Of a stretch of DNA of 64,000 nt, positions 22,998-35,628 are shown piece after piece; positions within the stretch are counted from its first letter, which is position 1; the number at the start of each line of letters is the position of its first letter. Under the pieces are notes generated by a model that had not been told where the DNA came from, searched no databases, and saw only the letters and a program-made list of their open reading frames with translations. This stretch comes from Squalus acanthias (lineage: Eukaryota), in contig CM059432.1 in NCBI GenBank assembly GCA_030390025.1, positions 36,210,001 to 36,274,000 of the forward strand, read 5' to 3'. Both the position numbers and the translations under genes were made by a program.

Positions 22998-23810
22998 GGG
23001 CAGAATTTTCATTGACCCGTGGAGGCAGGTGTGGGGGGGTTAAAATTGCAGATTCGGGGGTCCCGAACCCATCCCGCCCCCAACCCGCCTCCATGCCAGT
23101 TTCACAGGAGGCGGGTACCCGACCTGTGCTGGGACCCGCCTCGCCGAGGCGGGAAGGGGATTAGTGTCAATAAACTGCCTGTTATTTGCCTCATTCCTAT
23201 TTTTAGTCCTGAAGTGTGGGCTTCCCAACAGGTCCGAACCACGCCGTTTTAGCAAGGCGGACCGTGGGTCTGCAGTGGTTGGAGGGGTCGATATGTCCGG
23301 TGGGCAGGTGAGTGATGGGTGTATGTGTGCAGAGGTAAGTGTGTAAGGTAAGTGTAAAGTGTGGAAAAAAGTTTTACTTACCTTAACTTCCTCCTGCAGG
23401 TGTCAGCCCTTCAGGTCTCAAGAGTCAGAAATCTCACTGGCGCAGAAAGCAGAATGGCCGTTGAGCTGTCAAAAGCTGCAGCCTCTGCTTTTTGTTCTGC
23501 AGAGATCTCTAAATCAGCCTGAGAGGAAGGAATTAACTTAGAGGACAGATTGTCAGTGTTTGACAGCTTCAAGGAGCTGTCAAACGCTGATATTTCATCT
23601 GTCAAAAGCTCTTGACAGATGAAATGTCAATCTGTGACATCACCTGTTGCCGGGTGGCCCTTAATTGTCCTGCTGAGCCTGCTGGGCGGGCTCAACAAGG
23701 TCAATCAAGGGAAAATACAGTGGGTTGTCCACAAGTCGATGGAGGCGGGACTACAACCCAAAAAGTGGGAGTCCCGCCTCCATCACGTCCCCATTGACAA
23801 AATCCAGCCC
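22998..23810. mobile_element. PIF/Harbinger MITE
   Basis: TTA TSD (22995-22997 / 23811-23813); TIRs gggcagaatttt / aaaatccagccc. Confidence 0.85.
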
Positions 23811-23842
23811 TTAGTGTGGCACTACCACCATGCTAAATGGGA

Positions 23843-24470
23843 TAACAACAACAACAACTTGTATTTATATAGCACCTTTAACGTAGTAAAACATCCCAAG
23901 GCGCTTCACAGAAGTATTATAGACAAAAAATTTGACACCGAGCCACATAAAGAGAAATTAGGGCAGATGACCAAAAGCTTGGTCAAAGAGGTAGGTTTTA
24001 AGGAGCGTCTTAAAGGAGGAAAGAGAGGTAGAGAGGTTTAGGATGGGAATTCCAGAGCTTAGGGCCTCGGCAACTGAAGGCCACCAATGGTTAAGTGACT
24101 ATAATCAGGGATGCTCAAGAGGGCAGAATTAGAGGAATGCAGAATCTCGGAGGGTTGTGGAGCTGGAGGAGATTACCGAGATAGGGAGGGGTGAGGCCAT
24201 GGAGGGATTTGAAAACAAGGATGAGAATTTTGAAATCGAGGCGTTGCTTAACCGGGAGCCGATGTAGGTCAGTGAGCACAGGGATGATGGGCGAATGGGA
24301 CTTGGTGCGAATTAGGACACGGGCAGCCAAGTTTTGGATGACCTCAAGTTTACGTAGGGTAGAGCGTGGGAGGCCAGCCAGGAGTGCGTTGGAATAGTCA
24401 AGTCTAGAGGTAACAAAGGCATGGATGAGGGTTTCAGCAGCAGATGAGCATAGGCAGGGGCGGAGACGGG
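23843..24470 (-). mobile_element. L2 LINE 3' fragment
   Basis: ORF 24115-24330 (LHRLPVKQRLDFKILILVFKSLHG); (aac)n tail. Confidence 0.9.
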
Positions 24471-25811
24471 CGATTCAGAACAGATCTAGCAGCTCAAAAC
24501 TGGGCATCCATGAGGCGCTGTGGGACATCAACAGCAGCAGAATTGTATTCCACCACAATCTGTAAAGTCATGGCCCAGCATATCCTTCCCTCTACCATTA
24601 CCATCAAGCCAGTGGACCAACCCTGGTTCAATGAGGAGTGTAGAAGAGCATGCCAGGAGCAGCACCAGGCGTACCTAAAAATGAAGTGCGAACCTGGTGA
24701 AGGTACAACACAGGACTACACACATGCTAAACAGCGCAAACAGCATGCTATAGACAGGGCTAAGCGATCCCACAACCATCGGATCAGATCGAGGCTTTGC
24801 AGTCCTGCCACATCCAGTCGTGAATGGTGGTGCACAATTAAACAACTAACGGGAGGAGGCAGCTCTGTGAAGATCCCCATCCTCAATGATGACGTGAGTG
24901 CAAAAGACAAGGCTGAAGCGTTCACAACCATCTTCAGCCATAACTGCCGAGTGGATGATCCACCTCGGCCTCCTCCTGAGGTCCCCACCATTATAGAGGC
25001 CAGTTTTCAGCCAATTCGATTCACTCCACACGATATCAAGAAACAGCTGAGTGCACTGGATACAGCAAAGGCTATGGGCCCTGACAAAATCCCGGCTGTC
25101 GTGCTGAAGACTTGTGCTCCAGAACTAGCCGTGCCTCTAGCCAAGCTGTTCCAGTGCAGCTATAACACTGTCATCTACCCAACAATGTGGAAAATTGCCC
25201 AGGTATGTCCTGTCCACAAAAAGCAGGACAAATCCAATCCGACCAATTACCGCCCCATCAGTCTACACTCAATCATCAGCAAAGTGATGGTGGGTGTCAT
25301 CGACAGTGCTCAGTTTGTGTTTCACCAGGACCACTCGGCTCCAGACCTCATTACAACCTTAGTTCAAACATGGACAAAAGAGCTGAATTCCAGAGGTGAG
25401 GTGAGAGTGACTGCCCTTGACACCAAGGTAGCATTTGACCCTAGAAAAATTGAAGTCAATGGGAATCAAGGGGAAAACTCGCCACTGGCTGGAGTTATAC
25501 CTAGCACAAAGGAAGATGGTTGTGGTGGTTGGAGGTCAATCATCTCAGCCCCAGGACATTGCTGCAGGAGTTCCTCAGGGCAGTGTCCTAGGCCCAACCA
25601 TCTTCAGCTGCTTCATCAATGAAATTCCCTCCATCATAAGGTCAGAAGTGGGGATGTTCGCTGATGATTGCACAGTGTTCAGCTCCACCCTCAGTGCTTC
25701 TTCCAAGTGGTATCCACAGATAAGGAAGCAGTCCGTGCCCACATGCAGCAAGACTTGGACAACATTCAGGCTTGATCTGATAAGTGGCAAGTAACATACG
25801 TGCCACACAAG

Positions 25812-26300
25812 TGCCCCTGCTCCTGGCTTAGGTGCAGGTAGGAGAAGTGTTTCCTGAAGACCCTAGGTGGGTAAGGCCTCCTGCTGAGAGCCCTCCTCCC
25901 CCCTCCTCCTTATCCTCCCTCTGCGAGCAGCTTGTCTTTTTTACTACTTCTGCTCCATCTTCCTGTCTAACCTGCAAGTTGGATGTATCCCTTTAAGTAG
26001 CGCTGGTGGGGGGGGGCGCCTCCCTCTTTTACGCATGTTCAGCTGTGGATGTTTAGGAGAGGGCGTTGAATGGAGCGGTGAGGTTGAAAATGGCAGGTCG
26101 TGCATCAAATCAGCGTCACATTCTGACTGACGTCACAATCTGCCTACTCTGCATACTGCCGATGCATGCACATACTGCCTGCAGTATCATCCTTACCAAG
26201 ATGACGTTCAGTGCGGGCCCCGCTGGAAGTAGGCGGACACCACCTTTCCTTCAAAACCGGACAAAACTACCGGCGCTACGGAGCCGAATTACGCGACCTC
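25812..26300 (-). mobile_element. Harbinger fragment (transposase 5' end plus terminus)
   Basis: 25820-25910 matches 52060-52150 (ggtgggtaaggcctcctg..gagagccctcct); 26265-26300 resembles the reverse complement of the 34141 terminus. Confidence 0.65.
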
Positions 26301-26339
26301 TGACTTTATTTCAGATTTCCAGCATTTGCGGCTTTCATT

Positions 26340-26727
26340 CCTCTCAACATAGCCTGTTCTCATCGTCGTGTTCAAATCCCTCCATAGCCTCGCCCTTCCC
26401 TATCTCTGTAACCTCCTCCAGCCCTATAAACCTCCTAGAACTCTTGGTTGCCTCCAACTCTGGTGTCTTGTTCATCCCCTACTCCCTTTGCCCCACCATT
26501 GACAGCTGTGCTATCAGCCGTCTAGGCCCTAATCTCTGGAATTCCCTCCCCGAACCACTCCAGCACTCTCAGCTCCTTTAAGACCCTCCTTAAGATCCAT
26601 ATCTTTGACCAAGCTTTTAATCACCCATCTTAATATCTTCTACTTTGGCTTGTCTGATTATGTTCCTGTGAAACATCTTGGGATGTTTCACTATGTTACA
26701 GGTGCTATATAAATGAATGTTGTTGTT
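26340..26727 (+). mobile_element. L2 LINE 3' end
   Basis: L2 3' UTR and ggtgctatataaatg..gttgttg tail. Confidence 0.8.
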
Positions 26728-27119
26728 TGATTTAAACTTCAGCTGTTTTCCACCAGGTGGCGCCTGTGACCTATAATTCAACTGTATTGATAAACAGGAG
26801 AAACTGATTATGCAGGAGGTATTTTTAGTGCTGTAATATCTCATACTCAGGGTCCCTAATGTAAAATGCTATCCTATAGCATAGATTGATTCACTGTTAC
26901 TGCTCCAAGGCCTTTGCTTAGACTTTCTTTTAATGAAATTACCGACAGAATGGCTCCATAAGACGGAATAAAATGGAAGTGGGCTGATTACACCTAAGTT
27001 TTCTATGTCAGCTCATCGCCTGGAATTTTGGGTAAGAGATGGGCGGAACCGCCAGAGAGACCGCTAGAATTGGCCATTTACAGCATTTCTCTGAGGGTTA
27101 CGCCCATCCCCTGCTGAAA

Positions 27120-29563
27120 GAAATAAAGACTTGCATTTATATAATGCCTTTCACGACCACCGGACGTCCCAAACTACTTTACAACCAATGAAGTACTTTT
27201 TGAAGTGTAGTCACTATCGTAATTTTTTATTTATTTGTTCATGGGATGTGGGCGTCGCTGGCAAGGCCAGCATTTATTGCCCATCCCTAGTTGCCCTTGA
27301 GAAGGTGGTGGTGAGCCGCCTTCTTGAACTGCTACAGTCCGTGTGGTGAAGGTACTCCCACAGTGCTGTTAGGGAGGGAGTTCCAGGATTTTGACCCAGT
27401 GACGATGAAGGATCGGCGATATACTTCCAAGTCAGGATGGTGTGTGACTTGGAGGGGAACTTGGAGGTGGTGCTGTTCTCATGCGCCTGCTGCCCTTGTC
27501 CTTCTAGGTGGTAGAGGTCGCGGGTTTGGGAGGTGCTGCCGATGAAGCCTTGTCAAGTTGCTGCAGTGCATCTTGTAGATGGTGCACACTGCAGCCACGG
27601 TACGCCGGTGGTGGAGGGAGTGAATGTTTAAGGTGGTGGATGGGGTGCCATCAAGCGGGCTGCCTTGTCTTGGATGGTGTCGAGCTTCTTGATTGTTGTT
27701 GGAGCTGTACTCATCCAGGCAAGTGGAGAGTATTCCATCACACTCCTGACTTGTGCCTTGTAGATGGTGGAAAGGCTTTGGGAAGTCAAGAGGTGAGACA
27801 CTCGCCGCAGAATACCTAGCCTCTGACCTGCTCTTGTTGCCACTGGAGTTATGTGTCTGATCCAGTTAAGTTTCTGGTCAATGGTGACCCCCAGGATATT
27901 GATGGTGGGGGATTCGGCGATGGTAATGCCGTTGAATGTCAAGGAGCGGTGGTTAGACGCTCGCTTGTTGGAGATAGTCATTGCCTGACACGAATGTTAT
28001 CTGCCACTTATCAGCCAAAGCCTGAATGTCATCCAGGTCTTGCTGCATGCGGGCATTGACTGCTTCATTATCTGAGGAGTTGCATCAGTTGCATCAGTGA
28101 ACATCCCCATTTCTGACCTTATGTTGGAGGGAAGGTCATTGATGAAGCAGCTGAAGATGGTTGGGCCTAGGACACTGCCCTGAGGAACTCCTGCAGCGAT
28201 GTCCTGGAGCTGTGATGATTGACCTTCAACAACCACAACCATCTTCTTTTGTGCTAGGTATGACTCCAGCTAGTGGAGAGTTTTCCTCCGATTCCCATTG
28301 ACTTCAGTTTTACTAGGGCTCCTTGATGCCACACTCGGTCAAATGCTGCCTTGATGTCAAGGGCAGTCACTCTGACCTCACCTCTGGAATTCAGCTCCTT
28401 TGTCCATGTTTGGACAAGTGCTGCTTGATAGCACTGTCGACGACACCTTCCATCACTTTGCTGATGATTGAGAGTAGACTGATGGGGCGGTAATTGGCCG
28501 GATTGGTTTTGTCCTGCTTTTTGTGGACAGGACATACCTGGGCAGTTTTCCACATTGTCGGATAGATGCCAGTGTTTTAGCTGTACTGGAACAGCTTGGC
28601 TAGAGGCGCGGTTAGTTCTGGAGCACAAGTCTTCAGCACAACAGCTGGGATGTTGTCGGGTCCCACAGCCTTTGCTGTATCCAGTGCGCTCAGCTGTTTC
28701 TTGATATCACGTGGAGTGAATCGAATTGGCTGAAGACTGGCTTCTGTGGTGGTGGGGACCTCAGGAGGAGGCCGATATGGATCATCCACTCGGCACTTCT
28801 GGCTGAAGATGGTTGCAAACGCTTTAGCTTTGTCTTTTGCACTCATGTGCAAGGCTTCACCATCATTGAGGATGGGGATATTCATGGAACCTCCTCCTCC
28901 CGTTAGTTGTTTAATGGTCCACCACCATTCACAACTGGATGTGGCAGGACTGCAGAGCTTTGATCTGATCCGTTGATTGTGGGATCCTTAGCTCTGTCTA
29001 TAGCATGCTGCTTCTGCTTTTTAGCACGCGTGTAGTCCTGTGTTGCAGCTTCCCCAGGTTGGCACCACATTTTTAGGTATGCCTGGTGTTGCTCCTGGCA
29101 TGCTCTTCTACACTCCTCATTGAACCAGGGTTGGTCCCCTGGCTTGATGATAATGGTAGAGTGAGGGATATGCCGGGCCATGAGGTTACAGATTGTGGTG
29201 GAATACAATTCTGCTGTAATGTGGGAAACACGGCAGGCAATTTGCGCACAGCAAGCTCCCAGAAACAGCAATGTGATAATGACTAGATAATCTGTTTTAG
29301 TAATGTTGATTGAGGGATAAATATTGGCTAGGACACTGGGAATAGCTGCCCTGGTCTTCTTCAAAATAGTGCCATAGGACCTTTTACATCCACCTGAGAG
29401 AGCCTGATTTGAAAGACGGCACCTCTGACAGTGCAGGGCTCCCTCAGTACTGAACTGGAGTATCAGCATAGATTTTTGTGCTTAAGTCACTGGGGTGGGA
29501 CTATGAACCCACAATCTTCTGACTCAGATGCAAGCATGCTACTAACTGAGCCACGGCTGACAC
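27120..29563 (-). mobile_element. DeuSINE (27120-27222 plus 29215-29563) split by a 2-kb LINE insertion (27222-29215)
   Basis: SINE halves rejoin at gtaat, present at both junctions; LINE ORFs 27628-29200 are homologous to 24444-25794. Confidence 0.85.
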
Positions 29564-29840
29564 TTAAAGGTACAGCAGGAGATTGGGTGAACCCTGCAGA
29601 AATTGGGCAGATCTAAAGCGCAGACTAGGGGATGGGAGAAGAAAATTGCGTGTAACTCAAATTTAAAGGGACAAGACAATTAAAGGGGAGAGTCATAATA
29701 AGGGAACAAAATTCTTACAGTCTTCAGAGAGCCTCAGAAGGCATCTCCACCATTACCTTTTGTCAAGGCTGAAGGGCTGGTAGACTAAGAAGAGACACCC
29801 CAAAACTGAAGGGAAAGGAAATCCAAGGGACAGACATCTT

Positions 29841-30280
29841 GTCAGCTGTGGCTCAGTGGGTCGCACTCTCACCACCGAGGAATGTTGAGGGTTCAAGCCC
29901 CACTCTAGCGATTTGGGCACATAAATCTAGGCAACACTTCAATGCAGTACTGAAGGAGTGCTGCACTGTCAGAGGTGCCATCTTTTGGATGAGACATTAA
30001 GCCAAGGCCCTATCTGCCCTCTCATATGGTCATAAAAGATCCCATGGCACTATTTTGAAAAAGTGCAGGGGAAATATCAATATTTATACCTCAACCAACA
30101 CCGAATATATATGATTATTTATTTCATGGCTGTTTGTACGAACTTGCTGTGTGCATATTGGCTGTCACGTTTCCTACAACAGTGACTACACTTCAAAAGT
30201 ACTTGATTGGTTGTAAAGTGCTTTGGGATGTGCTGAGATCATGAAAGGCACTATAGAAATGCAAGTTCATTCTTTCTTCT
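29841..30280 (+). mobile_element. DeuSINE (SacSINE1-like), full length
   Basis: A box tggctcagtggg, B box ggttcaagcc, Deu-like core, L2-like tail. Confidence 0.85.
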
Positions 30281-30294
30281 TTAAGAGTGTGCAG

Positions 30295-31215
30295 GCACCA
30301 AGAGCCTGCAAAGGGATATAGACAGGTTAAGTGAATGGGCAATGAGGTGGCAGATGGAGCACAATGTGGGGAAATGCAAGGTTATTCACTTTGGTAGGAA
30401 GAATAGAAAAACAGAATATTTTTTAAATGGTGGGAAACTATTAAAGGTTGGTGTTGAGATTTAGGTGTCCTCATACAGGAAACACAGAAAGTTAGCATGC
30501 AGGTACAGCAAGCAATTAGGAAGGCGAATGGCATGTTGGCCTTTATTGAAAGGGGGCTAGAGTACAAGAGTAAGGAAGTCTTACTACAATTGTACAGGGC
30601 TTTGGTGAGACCACACCTGGAGTACCGTGCACAGTTTTGGTCTCCTTATCTGAGGAAGGACATACTTGCCTTAGAGGCAGTGCAACAAAGATTCACTAGA
30701 TTGATCCCTGGGATGAAAGGGTTGTCCTATGAGGAGAGATTGAGTAGATTGGGCCTATACTCTCTGGAGTTTAGAAGAATGAGAGGTGATCTCATTGAAA
30801 CACGCAAGATTCTAAGGGGGATTGACAGGGTAGATGCTGAGAGGTTTTTTCCCCTGGTTGGAGCGTCTGGAACTAGGGGCCATCGTCTCAGGATAAGGAG
30901 TAGGCCATTTAACAACAACAACTTATATTTATATAGTGCCTTTAATGTAATAAAACATTAAGACTGAGAGGACGAGCAATTTCTTCACTGAGGGTTGTGA
31001 ATCTTTGGAATTCTCTACTCCAAAGGGCTGTGGATGCTGAGTCGTTGAGCATATTCAAGGCTGAGATATAGATTTTTGGACTCTAGGGGAATCAAGGGAT
31101 ATGGGGATCGGGCGGGAAAGTGGAGTTGAAGTTGAAGATCAGCCATGATCTTATTGAATGGCGGAGCAGGCTCGAGGGGCCGTATGGCCTACTCCTACTC
31201 CTAATTCTTATGCTC
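30295..31215 (+). mobile_element. CR1 3' fragment with a 50-bp L2 tail inserted at about 30910-30955
   Basis: ORF 30497-30961 (LVRPHLEY..). Confidence 0.9.
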
Positions 31216-31419
31216 TTAAGTGACGGAACAGTCCTGCACCAGACTACCTGTATAATGACTACTGAAATGGAGATAGGGCTGCATGAGATGGTAGCATGGA
31301 GGGTTGCTACCACACAGTACCATCCACACATGGGGGTGGAGCCAGGCTTCAGGCTACAGCTGTCACTGCACTACTTCTGCTGCATGGTAGCTGCAGGTCC
31401 TTGCAACAAATGGCACAGC

Positions 31420-32100
31420 TCGGTTAGCAAGGCCATAAAAAATGCAAACCAAGCACTAGGGTTTATTTCTAAAGGGATAGAATTGAAAAGTAGGGAAGTT
31501 ATGCTAAACCTGTATTGAACCTTGGTTGGACCACACTTGGAGTACTGCGTACAGTTCTGGTCGCCATATTATAAAAAGGATATAGAGACACTGGAGACGG
31601 TCCAGAGAAGATTCACAAGGATGATACCAGAAATGCGAGGGTATACATATCAGGAAAGGATGAACAGGCTGGGTCTCTTTTCTCTTGAAAAAAGAAGGCT
31701 GAGGGGTGACCAAATAGAGGTCTTTAAAATTATGAAAAATTTTGATAGAGTGGATACAGAGAGAATGTTTCCACTTGTGGGGAGGAGCATAACTAGAGGC
31801 CATCAGTATAAGATAGTCACCAAGAAATCCAATAGGGAATTCAGAAGAAACTTCTTTACCCAAAGAGTGGTGAGAATGTGGAACTCGCTACCACAGGGAG
31901 TGGTTGAAGCAAACAGTATGGATGCATTTAAGGGGAGGCCAGACAAACATATGAAGGAAAAGGGAAATAGAGGGTTATGCTGATAGATTTAGATGAGGAA
32001 AGAGGGGAGGAGGCTCGTGCGGAGCATAAACGCTGGCATGGACTGGTTGGGCCGAATGGCCTGTTTCTGTGCCGTATATCCTATGTAATGTAATCCTATG
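31420..32100 (+). mobile_element. CR1 3' fragment
   Basis: ORF 31522-31983; same subfamily as 745-1260. Confidence 0.9.
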
Positions 32101-32299
32101 TAGTTCAGCAGCTGCCTGTCTGCTGACGCTGATCCAGACAGTGCCCTGCAGTCATTGCCAAGTAGGTGTTCCAGGGCATGCAGAATTAGTTGGTGGCATC
32201 TGGATGGGTGGGGTCAATCAGGCAATGTTACCTCTTGATCACCCTGGCATGCCTTCTTTCATACAGTGTCACTGAAAGCAAGGAAACATCCAATCATAT

Positions 32300-32675
32300 T
32301 GTTACTTCAAATCCCTTCATGGCTTCTCCCCTCCCTATCTCTGTAACTTCCTCCAGCCTTACAACCCTCCGAGAGCTCTGTGTTCCTCCAATTCTGGCCT
32401 CTTGTGCATCCCTCACTTCCTTCGCCCCATAATTGGCGGCCGTGCCTTTAGCTGCCTAGGCCCTAAGCTCTGGAATTCCCTCCCTCTGCCTCTCCACCTC
32501 TCAGATCCTCCTTTAAAGACACTCCTTCAAATCCACCTCCTTGACCAAACTTGCGGTCACCTGACCTAATATCTCCTCATGTGCTCAGTCTCAAATTTTG
32601 TCTGATTACGCTTCTGTGAAGCACCTTGGGACATTTTACTATGTCAAAGGTGCTATATAAATGCAAATTGTTGAT
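32300..32675 (+). mobile_element. L2 3' end
   Basis: L2 3' UTR and tail ggtgctatataaatgcaaattgttg. Confidence 0.8.
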
Positions 32676-33189
32676 TTGTTGCCATTAAATGGCCCATCCT
32701 TTGTTCTGCTACGTACCTTCAGTGACCCGTTTTTAAATGTACAAAAAATACATATTTATCAGCTTGAGGTTATAGTAACAGCACCAGTGCTATTCAGGCT
32801 TGTCAGGAGCACAATAATTACACCATCTTATTAAATGGCACAGTTGGACAGTGGCCAAAGCTCCCTCTTGGTCTGAATGGGCTTCAGTACAGGTCAAGAT
32901 GGTCACTAACACTAACATATATATATAAATACCGGATGTAGACTGGTTTGTTACATGTCACTGCAAAAGGTTGCATTTAGAGAGTGAGGGGGAGCAGCAA
33001 CTCTTTAAAGTAATTTTATCATCCTTTGTAAGCTATCAACAGAACCAGATCTGAACTCTGACATTCTGTCAGCATCTAATAATAACCCACTGTTCAGCCG
33101 CTGTCTTTGTTTGTCAGTCATGTGAGAGTACCCTGCATCAATAAATTCAATCATTTATTTTCTTTATTTCAAAACAACTACAAAGAGGG

Positions 33190-33960
33190 GACTGGGTGAT
33201 GTTAATTGGGTTAGAACATTGTCCTTTCAGTGCTGGGCTCTGGCTTTGAACCCAGCCCAGACTGAGGATGTGTGCTTTTGTTTTAGGTTCAGCAAAGCTA
33301 GGAATGATGGGCGAGCGGGAAAGGATATGATATTGAGGAAGAGACTGGGTGTGATCTTTAAGTAACAACACCCTAGAAGCTGAGTTTGAATCTACTTTGA
33401 GCAAGTAGGATGAATGTCTTTAATAGCTGTAAGGATCTGAGGTGAAATGAGTTTCATGGACCGTTAGTACAAAATGGAGTGCTCTTCTAAGGTTTAGATT
33501 AAAGCATGTTAATGGGAAAATGTTAGGGAGGTAGGACTAGGTGGTGGAGCGGGTTAGTCACCGGCCTCTCACCTTTGGACCTAAGTTTGAATTTAGCTAA
33601 GACATGAGATGAAGATCTTCTCTGCTGATTGTGAGGGCACTATGTTAAAAGATTCACAATTCAAATTCTAGTTAGCATGGGCCCATAGATCAAAGCTACC
33701 CCCAATTTAGGTTAAATTGGCATCCTCACTCAGAGGGGTCATAGGGTGACTGGTGTAGGAAATACAAAAACATGTCACATTGGTGCAATAGCGGGTGCTC
33801 TTCTGGGGTTAGAGCTGAGGCACATTATTGGGGTAGAACAGCTGGAGCTTTACTCTGCATCTAACGCATATTGCACCTGACTTAGTAGTGTTTGATGGGG
33901 CAGTGTAGAGCGTTCTTTACTCTGTATCTAATCCATGTTGCACCAACCCTGGGAATGCTA
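33190..33960 (+). mobile_element. Two tandem decayed LF-SINE-like copies
   Basis: Motifs ctctcacctttggacctaagtttgaatttagc and ggggttagagctgaggcacattattggggtag..gagctttactctgc recur at about 15680-15990, 46000-46150 (-) and 54000-54240 (-); they resemble LF-SINE as recalled. Confidence 0.5.
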
Positions 33961-34196
33961 TCCCACTCCAGAAACTTGAGCACAAAATCTAGGCTGACAC
34001 TCCAGTACTGAGGGAGTGGAGCACTGTCAGAGGTGCCATCTTTCAGATGAGAAGTTAAAATCAAGGCAATTCCCTAGCAATAATATGCCTTGCTTTGATG
34101 AGCACAAAATAAAATTATAAAAAATCATTTTAAAAGAGATGGGGCGGCTAAATTAGGATGTGTAGTGCCCGTTTTTTAGGCACTACGCGGCCAAAT

Positions 34197-34930
34197 ACAC
34201 AACTTATATTTATATAGTGCCTTTAACATAGTAAAACGTCTCAAGGCGCTTCACAGGAGTGTTATCAAAAAATAAATTTGACACCGAGCCATATGAGGAG
34301 ATGTTAAGGCAGATGACCAAAAGCTTGGTCGAAGAGGTAGGTTTTAAGGAGCATCTTAAAGGAGAAAAGAGAAGTGGAGAGGCAGAGAGATTTAGGGAGG
34401 GAATTCTAGAGCTTAGGACCTAGGCAGCTGAAGGCACAACCTCAAATGGTGGAGTATTTAAAATCAGGGATGTTCAAAAGGCCAGAATAGGCAGAATGCA
34501 GAGGTCTAGGGGGTTTATAGGGCTGGAGGAGATCACAGAGATAAGGAGGGGCGAAGCCATGGAGGGATTTGAAAACAAGGATGAGAATTTTTAAATCGAG
34601 ACGTTGCTTAACTGGGAGCCAACGTAGGTCAGCGAGCACAGGGGAGATGAGTGAGCGGGACTTGGTGCGAGTTAGCAGATGGGCAGCAGAGTTTTGGATG
34701 ACCTCAAGTTTATGGAGGGTAGAACTAGGGAGGCCGGCCAGCAGTGCATTGGAATAATCAAGTCTAGAGGTGATAAAGGCATGGATGAAGAATTTTAGCA
34801 GCAGATAAGTTGAGGTAAGGGTGGAGATGGGCGATATTACGAAGATGGAAATGGGCAGTCTTAATGATAGAATGGATATGAGGTAGGAAGCTGAATTCAT
34901 GATCAAATATGACACCAAGGTTGCGAACAA
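34197..34930 (-). mobile_element. L2 3' fragment inside Harbinger copy 1
   Basis: ORF 34442-34930 (HAFITSRLDYSNALL..LRWLPV). Confidence 0.9.
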
Positions 34931-35319
34931 TCATGCAGGTGAAAGCCAGTTATCCTGGCAGCAGAGACGATTCTTTCATTCTGCAGCAGTCCTCTGTTCT
35001 ACCTGTATTTGAAACACAATGGCAAGTTAAAGGCTGGCTACTGAGCAACAAGGGGTATTCCCTCATGACATGGCTCATGCCTCTGGTCAGGAAACCGTGC
35101 ACATGTGCACAGCAGGTCTACAATGAGAGCCATGCTGCTACAAGGATCATTATAGAGCACACCATTGGCATCCTCAAGCAACGCTTCTGCTGCCTGAACC
35201 GCTTTGGAGGAGCCCTGCAGTACTCAGCTGAGCGGGTATCAAGATTTGTGGTAGTATGCTGCATGCTGCACAACCTGGCCATTATGAGCGAACAGCCCTT
35301 GCCACCACCTATCAAGTGA
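34930..35319 (+). pseudogene. Harbinger (HARBI1-like DDE) transposase C-terminal remnant
   Basis: YPGSRDDSFIL, GWLLSNKGY, YNESHAATRIIIEHTIGILKQRFCCL, VCCMLHN; acidic tail follows. Confidence 0.9.
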
Positions 35320-35628
35320 GAAGTTGAGGAGGAAGAGGAGGAGGAAGAGGAGGAGGAAGTGCAACAGGAAATGAAGGAACAGGAAGAGGAAGGCTACAAT
35401 GTAGCCAACCCCTTCCTGCTCTACATGATCAGGTTATTCATGAGCGATACCAGTAACCTCAACTACATCTCCTCATTCACCAACAGTCCCACAGTTCTTA
35501 CCTTTCCTCTATCTCTGACCATCACATTGTCCTCTTTCTGACAACACAAAAATAAAAACCACCAGAAAATGCACATTCAAATCCAATTTTATAAATTTAC
35601 TTATTAAATAATGCATAGAAAATGAAAC

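Larger units (their letters stand above)
20583..25812 (+). mobile_element. Decayed LINE (CR1-clade-like APE-RT ORF2) hosting three nested insertions
   Basis: Segments 20583-20877, 22663-22997, 23811-23843 and 24472-25812; endonuclease-like GDFN motif near 22740; RT motifs PWFN, KAMGPD, NYRPISL, GVPQGSVLGP, MFADD. Confidence 0.85.

Noticed and set aside
24444..25622. Longest ORF (392 aa) as a host gene
   Set aside because: Frameshifted LINE ORF2 fragment whose start lies in an adjacent L2 insertion.
34909..35319. Domesticated HARBI1 gene
   Set aside because: Truncated, with a degraded catalytic region (SNKGY instead of GDxGY), multi-copy, and inside a TIR-bounded element.
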